A stretch of 49,629 nt of DNA, the filler included, from Ionaspis alba (Eukaryota): assembly GCA_964255285.1 (NCBI GenBank). It is 2 parts of 2 records of this genome, joined end to end, with 100 filler letters (N's around TTAATTAATTAA, not from the genome) between each part and the next. Parts side by side here need not be neighbours in the genome. Positions count along the whole stretch, not along the records: positions 24,898 to 49,629 come from CAXUUL010000169.1; 1 more part is not named here. One strand, written 5' to 3'. A program made the translations under genes and the position numbers. Shown here piece after piece: positions 48,514 to 49,629 of this stretch. The stretch's first letter is position 1, and every line of letters begins with the position of its first letter. Under the pieces are notes generated by a model, which was not told the DNA's origin, did not search any database, and saw only the letters and a list, made by a program, of their open reading frames with translations.

Positions 48514-48967
48514 ATGACATCCTCATTGTTGCCGCAAGCCAATGGACTCTTACCGTATTGGATGTTTATTGTACTGCACCCCTTCTTGCGTATGACGGAA
48601 CGCCGTGGTATCTTAACCTCAGATTCTAATACGTTTTCAGGTCGCCTTACTTGCGATCTATCAGACCATTCAGGCGCACGCTGCTTCTGCCCAAGCTTCT
48701 AATCCCAAGAGTGACTCTCTACTCTCGACCCGGCATATCGGCGCCTGGACTTTGCTGGCGAGCGTCTTGCATGTTTACACGGCCTATGACATCGGTAACA
48801 GCACGCTCTATACCCTTGCGGTGTGGTCGTTTGGGATTGTTTTTGTCCACTATGCTCTTGAGGTGTTGGCGTTTGGCTTGCGCGAGCGCTACCCAATAAT
48901 AGCGCTGAGTATCTCGACTGGCAGTCTGGCTTGGATGCTTATGTGCCGCGAGTACTATGTAGGATGA
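48514..48967 (+). CDS. Divergent Erg28-like sterol-enzyme scaffold protein
   Basis: Intron 48571-48640 gives MTSSLLPQANGLLPYWMFI|VALLAIYQTIQA...LSTRHIGAWTLLASVLHVYTAYDIGNSTLYTLA...HYALE...ISTGSLAWMLMCREYYVG. This matches the fungal Erg28 pattern (GLLPxW, RTFGTWT, AAYNI, HFxSE, SLxWM..YY). Confidence 0.8.
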
Positions 48968-49629
48968 GTCCTGGCTTTTGTCGTCTATAAAAGCATTGGC
49001 TGAGTAGTATCTTGGCACAATTACCTTTACCAACGCCATTCGTGCAATTCGTCACATATAAAAGAAGAAAATATGATGACAAATTCTCAACCCACAGCTC
49101 CAGCCTTCTTCCCCTTCCTATCATTTGCCCTCTGTTTCTTCTCGTTTCTCCTGACTTTCTCGACCCTGTCTCTCCTGCCCTTCCCTCGTACGGTCTTCCC
49201 CTCGCGGTCTTGTATAGAACGATCTACCCTGCGTCGCGGAGTCTAATCACATCTCCTATACACCAACACTTGTCGAAACTTCTGATATATTCGAAAACTA
49301 GACTAGTCTGTTGAACAAGAAGGGTTTTGGCCTGTTCTACACTTGATCTGTTTTTCATATTGCAGAGTCAGCTATCACCAGAACATTTACTTGTATAACG
49401 AAATCACGACTCGTTGCACCGCCGAAACTGCATTCAACCATTGTATGCTGGCATTTCCGTACGTATGGTAGGGAGCAGTCTCGCATGGAAATATCGGAGG
49501 CTTCTCTCCCGAGACGACTAGTCGAATGTCTGCGCTCGTACTTGACGGGGAAAGAAATTGAGCAATTTCCGCTCCTCACATCTTTGTCCGCTGACAAGTA
49601 GAGTACTGTATATCACTTGTACTGACCAG

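Noticed and set aside
49224..49629. Possible 3' end of a minus-strand gene (short gtaaat...gctgac...cag intron at 49390-49348)
   Set aside because: There is no recognisable domain, the frame is ambiguous with an upstream stop, and the region is truncated by the window.

Overview
This window is intron-containing genomic DNA from a filamentous ascomycete (Pezizomycotina; finer placement is not possible from the sequence alone). The left and central part (1-32.6 kb) is mostly conserved housekeeping genes: an IFI6/IFI27-like protein (5'-truncated), GH47 alpha-1,2-mannosidase, an ENT nucleoside transporter, haspin kinase, an EBP-like protein, a RING/ZZ/SH3 protein, a divergent phosphoketolase/acetate kinase pair, a VelC-type velvet regulator, a Sel1/TPR-like protein, a DHX35-like helicase, a PITH protein, VPS20 and RIX7. 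It also holds a MYND-finger pseudogene, two 100-nt assembly gaps, an AT-rich RIP-like relic and a 438-bp MITE with an 8-bp target-site duplication. The right part (35.1-49.0 kb) is a compact candidate secondary-metabolite cluster with three divergent gene pairs plus one extra gene: a PTH11/SAT4-like membrane protein, a P450, a sulfotransferase-like protein, an SDR, a CYP7/CYP8-like P450, an MFS exporter and a divergent ERG28-like gene. No PKS, NRPS or terpene synthase is visible. The best hypothesis is a sterol-tailoring (possibly sterol-sulfating) pathway, and the cluster may extend past the window end. All family assignments come from motif recognition, not database searches.
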